Assembly: GCA_013239625.1 (NCBI GenBank)
Contig: MU054049.1
Coordinates: 1,801,892-1,865,891, forward strand
Direction of reading: 5' to 3'
DNA from: Lama guanicoe
Taxonomy: Eukaryota
DNA length: 64,000 nt
Shown here: positions 12,560-25,482 of the stretch, in pieces
Layout: the number at the start of each line of letters is the position of its first letter
How positions within the stretch are numbered: the stretch's first letter is position 1
Program-made: the position numbers and the translations under genes
Notes under the pieces: model-generated
The model's database searches: none
Told to the model about the DNA's origin: nothing
The model's input: the letters and a program-made list of their open reading frames with translations, nothing else

Positions 12560-13790
12560 ATAGGTGCCTGGACAACTGGATATCAACAAACAAGAAAAGG
12601 AATTTGGATTCCCTGCCTCACACCATATGCCTAAATTAATTCAAAATGAATTATAGACCTAAATGTAAGTGATAAAACTATAAAACTCTTAGAAGAAATG
12701 ATAAGAGTAAAATCTTGGTGATCTCGGGTTAAGCAATTATTTTTTACATACAACACTGAAAGCACAAATGATGAAAGAAAAACCTGATTGATTTAATCAA
12801 AATTTAATTAATTTGAGATTCAAACACCACCACTAAGAAATGGAAAAGACAGCCTATAGACTGGGAGAAAATATTTACATGTATGTCATATATACAATGA
12901 GGGGCTTATATTTAGACTATTAAAAAAAAATCTCTTACAACTCAGTAACAAAAAGACTTTGAAAAATTTAAAAATGGGCAAAAGATTTCAACAGACATTT
13001 CTCCAAAGAAGGTATATGGGTCGTAAGCACATAAAAAGATGTTCAACATGAGTCATTCAAGAGTTGCAAATCAAAATCACAGTGGCATACCACTTCACAC
13101 ACACTAAAATGGCTATTATAAAAAGAAAGTCAATAACAAGTGTTGGTGAGGATGTGGAGAAATTGAAATCCTCACACACTATTGGTGGAATTATCAAATG
13201 ATGCAACCACTTTGGAAAACAGTTTGGCAGTCCCTCAAAATGTTAAATATAGAGTTGCCGTATGATCCTGGAATTCCTTTCCTAGAAAAATTCTCCAAGA
13301 GAAATAAAAGTATATGTTTACACAAAGACTTCAATGTGAATGTTCATTGCAGCATTATTTACATTAGTCAAAATTGTGGAAACTACCCCGATGTCCACCA
13401 ACTGGTGAACAGATAAATAAAGTGTGATATATCCACACAATGGAATATTCTTCAGCCATGAATGGGAAATAAGTACGATGCATGCTGTAACATAAGGATG
13501 AACCTCAAAATTATCATGCACAGTAAAAGGAGCCAGACACAAAGACCACATATTGTATGATTTTATTTATAGGAAATGTCCAGAAAAGGCACAAATCTAT
13601 AGACAGAGGGCTAGAGGTGAGAGTGATGAGTACACTGTCATGAAGTTTCTTTGGAGGTCATGTAAATATTCTGAAAGAAGATTGTAGTGATGGTTGCACA
13701 CCTCTGTAAATATACTAAAAATTACTGTACACTTAAAACAGGTGAATTTGGTGGTATATAAAGTATGCCTCAATAAAGCTGTGTTTTAAG
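12560..13790 (+). mobile_element. L1MB-like 3' portion
   Basis: ORF2 end (QPLWKTVWQSLKMLNIELPYDPGIP) and a 3' UTR ending ctcaataaagctg. Confidence 0.85.
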
Positions 13791-13879
13791 AAATTTCTCC
13801 TTCATTCCTCGTTTTTTCCCTTCCTCCTTTCCTGCTTTCTTCCCTTCCCTTTCTTTCTTTTTCTTTTCCCATTACTCTT

Positions 13880-16800
13880 TTGCCCAACTCTTAAGCACAG
13901 ATGAGCATTTAAAACATAAGTGTTCTGTGAGCATCCATATTACCACAACTCGGGTCAATAAATTGACTATTTCCAGCTCCCTAGAGGGCTCTCCCACACA
14001 TCCAGTGCCTCTTCTCAATCACAACCCCCTCCTTCACTTTCAAATACCAGTTCTCCTAGCTTTCATGGGGATCACTTTCTCACTTTTCTTTATAGTCTTA
14101 ACACTGTATTTGTGACTCTTTCTGGTCTCTGTTCTCACAATCATGATGTTGAATGAGAGAAACCAAACACAAAAGTGCACGTAATTTGTGAATATCAGTA
14201 TCTGTATCTTTATCTATTTCAAAGCCAGGCAAAACTAATATTAAGTTAGGGATGCACACAGTGAAAATGTCTTGGAGTTGATCATTCTAAGTCAGTTTTA
14301 CGTGGTTCCCAGTAGGCCTCTTCGGTATACAAATTCAAGCCTTAATTTATCTCTGGAAAGTTTCCATGGATTATACTTTTAAACATTAATTCTGTTCTTT
14401 TGCTTTGTTTTTCTTCTCCCGGGATTCCTTCCATGTGTATGTTGGCTCTTCTTTGCCTGTCTTCTAGTTAAACCATTTTCTCTATGATCCTTTTATAGTA
14501 CTTCTTTAATCTCATTTTTAATTTTTCTTCATTGTTTTCATGCTTTTATTTGATCATCTTTATAAAATTTTCATTTGAATATACTCCTTTTTGAGAACTT
14601 TGAAATTTAGTCTTCATTTCTGATATGACTTTATGTTTTGCTTTCCTTTCATTCCTCAATTCAGTCAACTCTTGTTTCATTTCTTATTTCCTTGTCCATT
14701 TTTCTTAAATTTTAAATTTCTGATCCAAGGTGTTTTTCAAATCTTTATGTGCTTCTGTTAGGCTAATAACAGATTGCAATGTTATGTTACAGATACCTCT
14801 TGTTTCATGGTTTTAGGGAGGTTTTCATTGGCTGAAATGTTCTGTTTCCCCTTTTCTATTTTCTTCCCATTGTAGCTTTTTAATAGATGAAAACTACACA
14901 AGTATGCATTCCATGAACAAGATTGGTAGGTAGGGTGGGTTACAAAACTTGTATTTCAAGAATCCTCTCTCTATTCTGTCAGTGTAGTTAAGTACATTTT
15001 CCTTAATAGATGGCTTGAGGGTAAGATACATGTGTGAGGGGTAATTTCATGCATCCTTTGACTTTCGTCTTCCAAGATCTTACATTTCCCTCTCTTGTTT
15101 ACTTTTTTTATTTTACCACCCAGGCTTCAAAAGTCATTTTTCCTCCTTTATCCAGAGTTAGGTTTTGTTTTGTTTCGTTTTGTTTTTTGGTAAGAATGTC
15201 CAAATAGACGGAAAAGTTCACATTTCCAGCCAACACTTATACATTTATCACTTAGATTCTACAGCTAACATTTTATAATTCTTGCTTATCATATTGGTGA
15301 AGTTATTCCTCTATCCATCTATTAATCCATTTAATTTTTGGTACATTTCAGTTACTTGTCCCTGTTATTTCATTTCCCTTAAACACTTTATCATGTGTAT
15401 CATTAAATAGGACTCAGTTTTTTTACAATTGTTAATATAAAATATACACACAATGAAATGCACAAGTATTTAGTATACATTTGCTAAATTTTAATAATTG
15501 CACAGATCTGCATAACCCAAACCACTATCAAGATAGAGAACATCACCAGCACACTATACATTTTCCTTATTCCCCTTCCTGGTAAATCCTCTACCCCATA
15601 CTGACAGAGACAACATCATTCTGATCTTTTCCATCATGGATTAGTTTTGCCTATTCTAGAATTGCATATACATGAAACCATATGGTATGTAATTTTTTCT
15701 GTAGGCTTGTTTGACTCAGTGTATTTTTCAGTTTCATCCGTTTTTACTTTTATTTTATTAGTAACTCACTCTTTTTTATTTCTGAGTGCTGGTCTATTGT
15801 GTGAATACAGCAGAGATTACTTATTTTCCTCGTGGGCTTCTGCATTGCTTCCAGTTTGAGGCTATTAGGAAAAAGCTGCTTGAACATCCTTGTGCATATA
15901 TTTTTACATACATATGTTCCATTTCTGTTAAGTAAGGTGAGGCATGGAATTGATGAGGCATAGGGCATCTTGAGCTTTATAAGAAACTGGCAGACCTTTA
16001 TCCAAAGTAGTTGTAAAATTTTACTCTCTGACCAATAATGTTAAAGGATTCTGTTGGTCTGTAACATTTCCAACATTTAATGTTGCCAGTCTTTTAAATT
16101 TTAGCCATTTGTAAGTCATCTTTGGTGGAGTTCAAAACTTCTGCCCAATTTTATTGAGTTATTTATACTGTTGAGTTGTAGGAATTCATACATTTTGATG
16201 CCATCCCTTTGTCAGATATAAGTTTGCAAATATTTATTCCTAGTCTGTGGCTTGCCTATTCAGTTTTTACATGTGTCTTTTGAAGAGCATAAACTTTTAT
16301 TTTTGATAATCTAATCCATTTTGTCTCCGATGCTTAATATTTCTTTGATTCGCCTAGGAAATTTTTGCCTGCATTCAAGTCATGAAGATACTCTAAGTTT
16401 TCCCTTAAAAGCTTTACGATTTTAACTTTTATGTTTAGGTCTATGATCCATTTCAAGTTACATTTTATGTATGCTAGAGATACCTTGATAGGGGTTGATG
16501 TTCATTTTTTTCCCATATAGATATCCAGTTATTCCAGCAGTATTTATTGAAAAGATTTTCCTTTCCCCATTGGATTTCTCAGCCAACTTTGTTGAAAATC
16601 TAGTGACAATATAAGTTAGGGGTCTATTTCTGGCTCTCTATTCTGTTTCATTGACCTATTTCTTTATACTTACAGATTCTATATATTATAGTATCAAACT
16701 GCTTGATTTCTGTAATGTTCTAGTAACTCTTGAAATTTATTTTTTACCTTTATTTTTCTTCAAATTAACTTTGTGTATTCTAGGTTCTTGGCATCTCCAT

Positions 16801-17480
16801 ATACATTTTAGAATCAGCTTGTATTGTAACAGTTAGTGGAATTTTCATTAGGATCATGTTGAATCTATGAATCAATTTGAGGACAATAGATATCAACAAA
16901 TTGAATCCTCAAACCCATAAGCGTGATATATCTTAGCTTAATTGGGTCTCATTTGATTTCCCTCAGCAAAGACTTATGGTTTTTAGTGTATAGATTTCAC
17001 ACCTCCTTAGTTAATTTATTCCAAAATAGTTTGTGTTCTTGTTGCTGCTGTTAATTTTTTAAATTTCATTGCTAATTATTTGCTACTGGTGTATAAAAAC
17101 ATGATTGAGGTTTTAAAAGATTAACCTTATATACTGTGACTGCAAAATTCACTTATTAGTTTTAGTTTTTTGGTAGATTCCTTAGGATTGTCTGTGTAAA
17201 TAATCATGCCATGTGAAAATAGAAACAGATTTACTTTTTCCTTTCTGATCTTTATATCTTTCATTTCATTTTCTTGCCTTATTAGAATGGCTAGAACTTC
17301 CAGTATAATGTTGAGTAGAAGTGGTAGGAGTGAGCAACTTTGTCTTATTTCTGATCTTAAGGAGAAATATTTCATAATTAATATATTAGTTGTAAATTAT
17401 TCAGAGATGCCCTTGATCACTTTGAAGAAGTTTCCTCTATTTCTAGCTTGCTGAGAGTTTTTGTCATGGAAGGGTACTGC
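13880..17480 (-). mobile_element. Cluster of old L1 fragments (L1ME/L1MB/L1MC-like)
   Basis: L1 3' UTR and ORF2 remnants, e.g. 17127-17375 (LRSEIRQSCSLLPLLLNIILEVLA). Confidence 0.75.
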
Positions 17481-17689
17481 TTTTTTTTCTCTTAAAAATA
17501 ACTATTTCTCTCTTAGAATCAATTCCTTTCAAAGCTGCCACTTTGAGTTCCGTGAAGTTTAATGTCCCTTCCCTTTAATTAAAATGCTCTGAAAATAAAT
17601 AAAAAGAAAAACAAAACAAAACAAAAAGACCACTGGAAAAAAAGGTGCTCTGATCTGCTAAGACTTTTTCAGAATTTTAAATTATTTAA

Positions 17690-20170
17690 CAACTTTATTG
17701 ACATATAATTCACATACCATACAATTCACCCTTTAAATTTTCTATTTAATGGTTGTTAGTATATTCACAGACAAGTACAACCATCGCCACAGCCAATTTT
17801 AGAATAGTTTCATCATGTCAAGAAGAAACCTGGTATCCTTTAGCTATCCCCCTGTTATCCCTCCATTTCTTGTCCCAGCCCTAAGCAACAATTACTTTCT
17901 GTCTCTATAGACAACCCCATCCTGGGTGCATGAATGAAACACAGTGTGGTCTTTTGTGACTTGCTTCTTTCTCTTAGCATAGTGTTTCCAAGGGTTATCT
18001 ATGCTGTAGCATATATCAATACTCCATTCCTTTTAATGGCCAAATAATATTCCATTGTATGACTATACCACATCTTGTTAATCCATTCATCCACTGATGG
18101 ACATTGGGTTGTTTCTACCTTTTGACTATTGTGAATAATGCTGCTGTAAACATTCATGTATACGTTTCTGTGTGGACATGTGTTTTTACTTCTCTTGGTC
18201 TATTTCCTAGAGTGGAATTCAGGGTCATTCTGTTTGATTGTTTGAGGAAATGCCAGACTGTTTTCCTAAGTGGCTGGACTACTTTTACACTCCAATCAGC
18301 AGTGTGTCAGGGTTTCAATTTCTCCACAGCCTCACCAACAATTGTTATCTGACTTTTCAATTCTAGGCATCCTGTTGGGTGTGAAGTGGTATCTCATTGT
18401 GATTTTGATTTGCATTTTCCTGATGACTAATGATGTGGAGCATTATTTCATGTTCCTGTTTACCATTTGTGTCTCTTCTTTGGAGAAATATTTCTTAAGG
18501 TCGTTTTCCCATTTTTCAAACTGTGTTATTTTTCTTTTTATTATAAGAGTTGTTTATGTATTATAAATACAAATCCCTTATTGGATATATGATTTACAAA
18601 AGAATTCTCCCATTCTGTGAGTTGTCTTTTCACTCTCTGGATGTGATCTTTTTTTGTTTATTTGTTTTACATTTTATTGCAGTATAGTTGATTTACAGTG
18701 TTATGTTAGTCTCTGGCATACAGCATGGTAATTCCATTGTACTTGATGGTGTCTTTTGAAACACAGAAGTTTTAAATAGAGTCCAACTTACCTATTATTT
18801 TCTGTTACTGTTTTTGCTTTAGGTGTCATATCAAAGACTCTCTTGCCAAATCCAAGGTCATGAAGAACTTTTAACTTTTGTTTTTTATTGTGGTAAAATA
18901 TACATAACATAAAATTTAGCATTTTAACCATTTTAAGTGTACATTTCAGCAGCATTAAGTACATTCACATTGTTGAACAACCATCACCACCAACCAGCTC
19001 TAAAACTTTTTCATCATACCAAACAGAAACTCTGTCCCCATTAAACAGTAACTCCCTATAACCCCAGTCCCCCGTTTTCTAGTAAGCACTGTTCTTTCTG
19101 TCTTTATGAATTTGACTTCTCTACTCTATAAGTAGAATTATACAATATTCGTCCCTTTTTACCTGGCTTATTTCACTTGGAATAATGTCTTCAAGGCTTT
19201 TTTATTCCATTGATATGATAATTACATTAACTGATTTTCAGATGTAAACAAACCTTGCATTCTTGGGATAAATCTCATTTTGTCACGGTGTATAATTTAT
19301 TTTATATGTTTGCTGAATTTGGTTTGCTAGTATATTCTCGAGGATTTTTGCTCCCATATTCATAAGAGATTTGTCTGAAGTTTTCTTGTACTGTCTTTGT
19401 CTAGTTTTAGTATTAGAGTAATACTTGTCTCAGAAGGATTTGGAAAGTGTCACTACCTCTATTATATTTGGAAGAATTTGTGAAGAATTGGTTGGTGTTA
19501 ATTCTCCGAATGGTAAACTTCAGCAGTGAAGCCATCTGAGCCTACGCTTATCTTTGTGGTTAGTTTTGAAAAATTCATTCAGTCTTTCTACTTGTTTTAG
19601 CTCTATTCAGATGGTCTATTTCTTCCTGAGTCAGTTTCAATAGCTTGGGTCTTCCTAGGAATTTGTCCATTCCATCTAATTTAATTTGTTGGCAAATAAC
19701 TGTTCAATAGTATTCTTTTATAATCCTTTTTACACCTGCAAGATTGGTAGTAATGTCCCTCTTTCAATTCTGATTCTAGTAATTTGACTCTTTTCTTTGT
19801 CAAACTAGCCAAAGGTTTGTCAATTATGTTGACCTTTTCAGAGTCAGATTTTTGTTTCATTGATTTTCTCTATTGTTTCTCTGTTCTCTATTTCATTTTT
19901 TCTGCTCTAATCTTTATTGTTTCCTTTCCTCTATTTGTAGGTGTAATTTGTTCTGCTTTTTCCAGTGTCTTAGGGTGAAGGTTAAGTTATTGATTTGAAG
20001 TCTTTCTTTTTCCTTAGTGTAGGCATTTACAGATACAAATTTGTCTCTAATCACTGCTTTAGCTGCATCTCATAAGTTTTAGTATATTGTGTCTCAATTT
20101 TTATTCATCACAAAGTATTTGCTGATTTTCAGTTTGATTTCTTTTTTGACCCATTGGTTATTTAGGACCA
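17690..20170 (-). mobile_element. L1MB-like elements with nested short L1 3' ends
   Basis: aactttattgacatataattcacataccatacaattcacc 3' end, a second 3' end at ~18885, and ORF2 remnant to ~20165. Confidence 0.8.
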
Positions 20171-20179
20171 CTAATTATT

Positions 20180-22050
20180 TAGAATATATATATGCATATT
20201 TTATGCACATACACATTTCCATTTCTATTTCTGTTCTTTGAATGATTACTCATGAGGTTTTTAACATCCATATTAAATATTTATGTTTAACAATGACTTA
20301 TACCTCTACTTGAAAAATACAAGAATGTCAAAACATTACTTCTGATCACTTCCCTCCAAAATTCTATGCTATTGTTACCCGTTATTCCATTATTTTACTT
20401 TAGTCCTTATTTTTAATGTCATGAATTAGGCATTAATGTTTTTCTTGTTTTAAAAATTATATTTATACACACATTACTATTTTATATCTTTATCACTCTT
20501 CCTAAAGTATATCCTTTTAGATTTTGCTTTAGTAAAAATATGATACAGGTAAACTCTTAATTTTTGTCTTACCTAAAAATGTCTTTATTTTAATTCTTGA
20601 AAGATGGTCAACTGGGTTAACAATTATTCTTCAACACTTAAAGATATTATTTCAGGAATTTTTATTCACTGATGTATTATCTTACTCATTATTATAATTT
20701 ATTATATAATTATAATTGCAGGGAATAAAAATCAAGACACGATATACAAAGCATGATTATAATATAACTTTATTATGATAACATTCTTATTTCATCAATT
20801 TTCTTTCTTTACGGAGTATCACTCTTTTCTATCTTCTTGTCTTTAGGATCTGCTTTTAGTCTCTACTATTCTGCAATTTTATTCTAATGTATTTAGGAAT
20901 GTATCTCATTAGTCCTAGAAAATTCTCTTCAAATATTTCCTTTGCTGCATTTTCCCTGTTCTTTTCAGGGACTCTGATCAGACCCATTTTAGATCTCAGT
21001 CTGTCTGTCATCCGCTTCTCTTAATTATTTTAAACTGTTTTTCCATGTGAGAAAAAAAACCCCTTATTGTTTCCACCTGGTTCACAGATTGGAAAAGTGT
21101 CTGGGGAATATATAAGCAGCTGCCCTGGAGATGGGAGTTTGCAGGTGGAGTCTCTGAAGTCAGGGGACTGTAGCAGTGCCAGTTGAAGGCCACTGAATTT
21201 AGGAGGCCTCTAATCATTCTTTTATAGAGGTACTACCCAAACCTGACCTGTAGAGGTTGGTCAGGTGGAAGCTCATCTTCCTGATAAGTTTCACTTCCTG
21301 CTTTAGGAAGTGGTTCTTTCAGAAGTCATAGACATGAGGGGCTGTGCTGGCAGAGCCCAGAGGATGCAGATCCATTAAAGCTACCTACAGTTCTTCTCTA
21401 GAACCATGAAAGCCTTCAAGGCATCTAAGGTGTAACCTGATTCACCTTGAGATGGCTTCTGCTTATCCTCAAAGAAGGCACCGTCACTACACTGGTTTTT
21501 CAAGGAGGCATTTGGTGCCCTTATGTTTCTGCCTTGCCACTTTGCAGAAGTGGCACACACCCTTTAGAGGGCCACATTGTTGCAATTAAAATAGTACCCA
21601 GGGAGGTTCACAAACACGGGTAGGCCAGATAGAGGGTAGTGGCCTTGGCGTCATTTGAATAATTCTAAAGGATCTGAGAGCTCTCGTTGGAGACAAGGCA
21701 CTGACCACAAAATACAATGTTAGCTGGTCTTGGAGGCATGGGTTGGCTGAGAGGTACTCTGGAGGCTGTGGCTGGACAGAAAATTGAAGAGTGGTCAGAA
21801 CCTAGAAGGAGAATAGTCCTGGAATATCTTCCATCCAGTGTTGAATCAAAAGACAGATCCATGTAGGCCTTCAAATGCACCGTCTCTTAATTTATATTTA
21901 ATTTTTATCCGTTGACTTGCCTTTCTGTATCTCATCTTGAGTAATTTCTTCAGATACAGCTGCCAATATCAAACCTTCTCTTCAACTGTGTCTAATCCAT
22001 CATTTAACTAATTTTATTTTCCATTTCTTTAAGTTTTAGTTGATTCTTTT
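20180..22050 (-). mobile_element. Very old L1 ORF1-region remnant, split by the FTL retrocopy
   Basis: aaatgtctttattttaattcttgaaagat-type L1 text on both sides of the pseudogene insertion. Confidence 0.6.
21027..21882 (-). pseudogene. FTL: Processed ferritin light chain pseudogene (decayed)
   Basis: The minus strand matches recalled FTL mRNA without introns. gagctctcagatcctttagaattattc ~ (M)SSQIRQNYS; ctgggtactattttaattgcaacaatgtggccct ~ LGFYFDRDDVAL; cacttcctaaagcaggaagtgaaacttatcaggaagatgagcttccacctgaccaacctc ~ [20 protein letters not shown]. The GAT TAG end is at ~21210. The ATG is lost and there are stops and indels. A 5' UTR remnant, a degenerate polyA signal (~21063) and TSD tctcttaatt (21017-21026 / 21883-21892) are present. 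Confidence 0.9.
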
Positions 22051-22702
22051 TCTAATCTGCCTAGTCACTCCCACTTCTTTATTGGCCCAAAGTTTAATTA
22101 TTGGCACCCACCCTCAGGATAACCATTTCTCTCCCACTTGCTTACCATTTACTATTCCAAGACTTAGTTTTAACTCATCTGAGGGGAGGCAGGAGGGAGT
22201 TGGAACTTTTCAAGAGCAAAAAGAAAAAAGCCATAAATGCCATAAAAGTATGTTATATCTAGAGCGTAGCTTTTCGAAATCTTTTAATCATTTACTCCAC
22301 CTTACTGCTAGTAGCAGACTTCTCTTGGCCCCTTCATATCCTCAAGTTCTGGTAAACTCTAAAGCTCCAGTATATGGAGCTTTATGGATAAATGTTTGTG
22401 GAATTTAGGCTTACTATTTTTTTAAAGGGTTTATTCATACATGAAGGTACAGGGAATTACATTTCAGTAGACTAGTGGAAAATGTCTCAAGACCTCCATC
22501 ATTATCAAGAGGCCCAGAAATAGCAGGTGTTTAACCATAAACCTTGACACTGGGCACTTGAGTTCCATCAGTGACACCCCATTGTTCTTAGACAGTGAAA
22601 TCTCCAATGCAGCTCAAAGCCATGCAAAGTCTGGCCCCACAGTCAACTCATACTGTTCTCTCTCTCTCTCACTTGCTCTTTTTAAAAAGAGAGTTTATAT
22701 AT

Positions 22703-22938
22703 TTTTAATTGAAGTATAGTCAATTTACAATGTTGGGTTGGTTTTTGGTGTACAGCAAAGTGATTCAGTTATACATTCTTTTTCATATTCTTTTCCATTA
22801 TAGGATATTACAAGGTATTGAATATAGTTCTCTGTGTTATACAGAAGGACCTTGTTGTTTATCCATTTTATATGTAGTAGTTAGTATCTGTAAATCCCAA
22901 ACTCCCAATTTATCCCTCCCATACCCCCTTTCCCCGCC
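22703..22938 (-). mobile_element. 5'-truncated young L1 3' terminus
   Basis: aattgaagtatagtcaatttacaatgttg...atccctcccatacccc, the same family as 1380-1870 and 57640-58147. Confidence 0.85.
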
Positions 22939-22939
22939 G

Positions 22940-25482
22940 AAAGTTCATTTTTTACAGCAATTTAGGTTTATGAAAAATTGAGCACATGTGTAGTGTAGTT
23001 CTCATACACTCCCTTTTCCCCAGAATTCCCCCTATTCTTAACTTTTGGTATTAACAGTACATTTGTAACTGGTAAGTCAATATTGATACATTATTATTAA
23101 AGTCCATAGTTCACTTTAGCATTTACTCTTTGTGTTATATAGTTCTATGGGTTTTCACAAGTGTATAATTTCATGTATCCAACATGACATTATCATAAAG
23201 AATAGTCTCCATACCCTAAAAATCTCAGGCTCCAACTTTTCACCCCTCCCCACACCTCTCTTCCCCACTCCAAACTCCTGGCAACCACTGATCTTTTTAC
23301 TGTCTCTGTAGTTTCTACCTTTTTCAAAAGTCATATAGTTAGAATCAGTCAACATGTAGCCTTTTCAGACTGGCTTTTTTCACTTCGCAATGTGATTTCG
23401 TGTCTTTTTGTGGTTTGATAGTTCATTTGCTTTTTATCACTGAATAATATTCCAATGTACGAGTATACCACAGTTCATCTATTTACTGATAGAAGAACCT
23501 CTTGGTTGCTTCCAGTTTGGGCAATAATAAATGAAGCCACTGTACACATTCATGTGCAGATTTTTCTGTGGACTTAAGGTTTCAGCTCATTTGAGTAAAT
23601 ATGTAGGAATGTGATTGCTGGTTCGTATGGTAAGACTATCTTTACTTTGGTGAGTAACTGTCAAACTGTCTTCCAAAATGACTGTACTATTTTGCATTCC
23701 TGCCAGCAATGAATGGGAATTCCTCTGTTTCCAGAACCTCACCAGCACTGGGTATTATTAGTGCTGTGAATTTTAACCATCCTAATGCATATTGAGCAGT
23801 TCTTCTGCCTACTTATTAATTGGATTGTTTTCTTATTGTTGAGTTTTAAGAGTTCTTCATATATTTTGGAATGCACAAATCAAATCAGATATGTGTTTTG
23901 CAAATATTTTCTCCCAGTCTGTGACTTGTCTTTTTCATTTCTTTAGTGTCTTTTGCAGAGAAGTTATCCATTTTAACCTATCTATTTTTTTCTGCCATGG
24001 ATGTTGGATGCTTTTGGTGTTGTTATCTAAAAACTCATCACCAAGTCCAATTCACCTAGATTTTGGCTGGTGTTATCTTCAAGAAATTGTATAGTTTTAT
24101 GTTTTACATTTAGTCTATGATCTGTTTTTAGTTAATTTTTGTGAAAAATATAATGTCATTGTCTAGATTAAGTTTTTTTGTATGTGGATGTGTAGTTTGA
24201 ACATTTCTTGAAAAGGCTATCTTTTCTCCATTGAATTGCCTTTGCTCCTTTGTCAAAGATCAATTGACTATATTTTCGTGGTTCTATCTCTGGGCTGTCT
24301 ATTCTGTTCCGTTGATCTGTTAGTCCATTCTTTTGCCACTACCACACTGTCTTAATTACTGTACTTTATAGTAAGTCTTGAAGTCAGGTCATGTAAGTCT
24401 GCTGATGCTGCTCTTGTTCAGTATGTGTTGACTATTCTGTGTCATTTGCCTTTCCATATAAACTTTAGAATCAATTTGCCTATGTCAAAAAATAACTTGC
24501 AAGCATTTTGACTGAGATTACATTGAATCTGTGGATCAAGTTGTGCCATTTTAACAATATTGAGTCTTCTGTTCATGAACAATGTGCTATGTCTCCATCC
24601 ATTTAGATCATCTTTGATTTGTTTCATCAGAGTTTCGTAGTTTTCCTCAGACCTTGTACATATTTTGTGACACTTATACCTAAGTATTTTATTTTTGGGG
24701 TGCTCACTGTATTTTAAATTTCACATTCCAATTGTTTACTGCTGGTATATAGCAAAGCAATTGATTTTTGTATATTAACCTTGTATCTTGAAGCCTTAAT
24801 ATAATAGCTTATTAGTTCCAAGAGTTTTTTTGTTTTGTTTTGTCATTTCTTTGGGATTTTCTACATCAGTAATCATGTAATTGGGAACAAAATCAGTTTT
24901 ATTTCTTCCTTCTCAACCTATCTATATACCTTTTGCTGCCATATTGCATTAGCTAGAATTTCCAGTATGATGTGGAATAGAAGAGGTGAGAGATCCTTGC
25001 CTTGTTCTTGATCTTACAAAGAAAGTATATGGTTTCCAAACATTAAATACAATGTTAACTGTAGATTTTTGTAGATTGTTTTCATGTGTCAAGTTGAGGA
25101 AGTTCCCTTGTATTCTTAGTCTACTGAGAGAGTATTTATCATGAATGTGTGCTGGGTTTTGTCAGTGCTTTATCTGCATCTATTGTTATCATCTTATGAC
25201 TTTTCTTCTTTAGCCTATTGATGTGATAGATTATATTAATTGAACCAGCCATGCATACCTGGTGGTATGGATAAATCCCACTCAGTCATGGTGTACAGTT
25301 TTTTTTACTATATTGCTGAATATTATTTGCTAATATTTTGTAAGGATTTTTCTATCTCTAATCATGAGGGGTTTTGGTTTGTAGTTCTGTTTATATTTTT
25401 ACTGTCCTTGGCTTTGGCTATCAAGGTAATAAAGCAAATTGGAAAGGTTTCTCTCCTCTTCTGTTTTCAGGAAGAGATTATT
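22940..25482 (-). mobile_element. Older L1 (L1MC/L1MB-like): 3' UTR and 3' part of ORF2
   Basis: 3' end ttttttacagcaatttaggtttatgaaaaattgagcac. ORF2 remnant at 24442-24627 (RRLNIVKM...KLILKFIWKGK). Confidence 0.8.

Noticed and set aside
22360..22384. Perfect inverted repeat taaagctcca-gtata-tggagcttta
   Set aside because: 10-bp arms are expected roughly once by chance in a window this size. It is too short for a pre-miRNA and has no supporting context.
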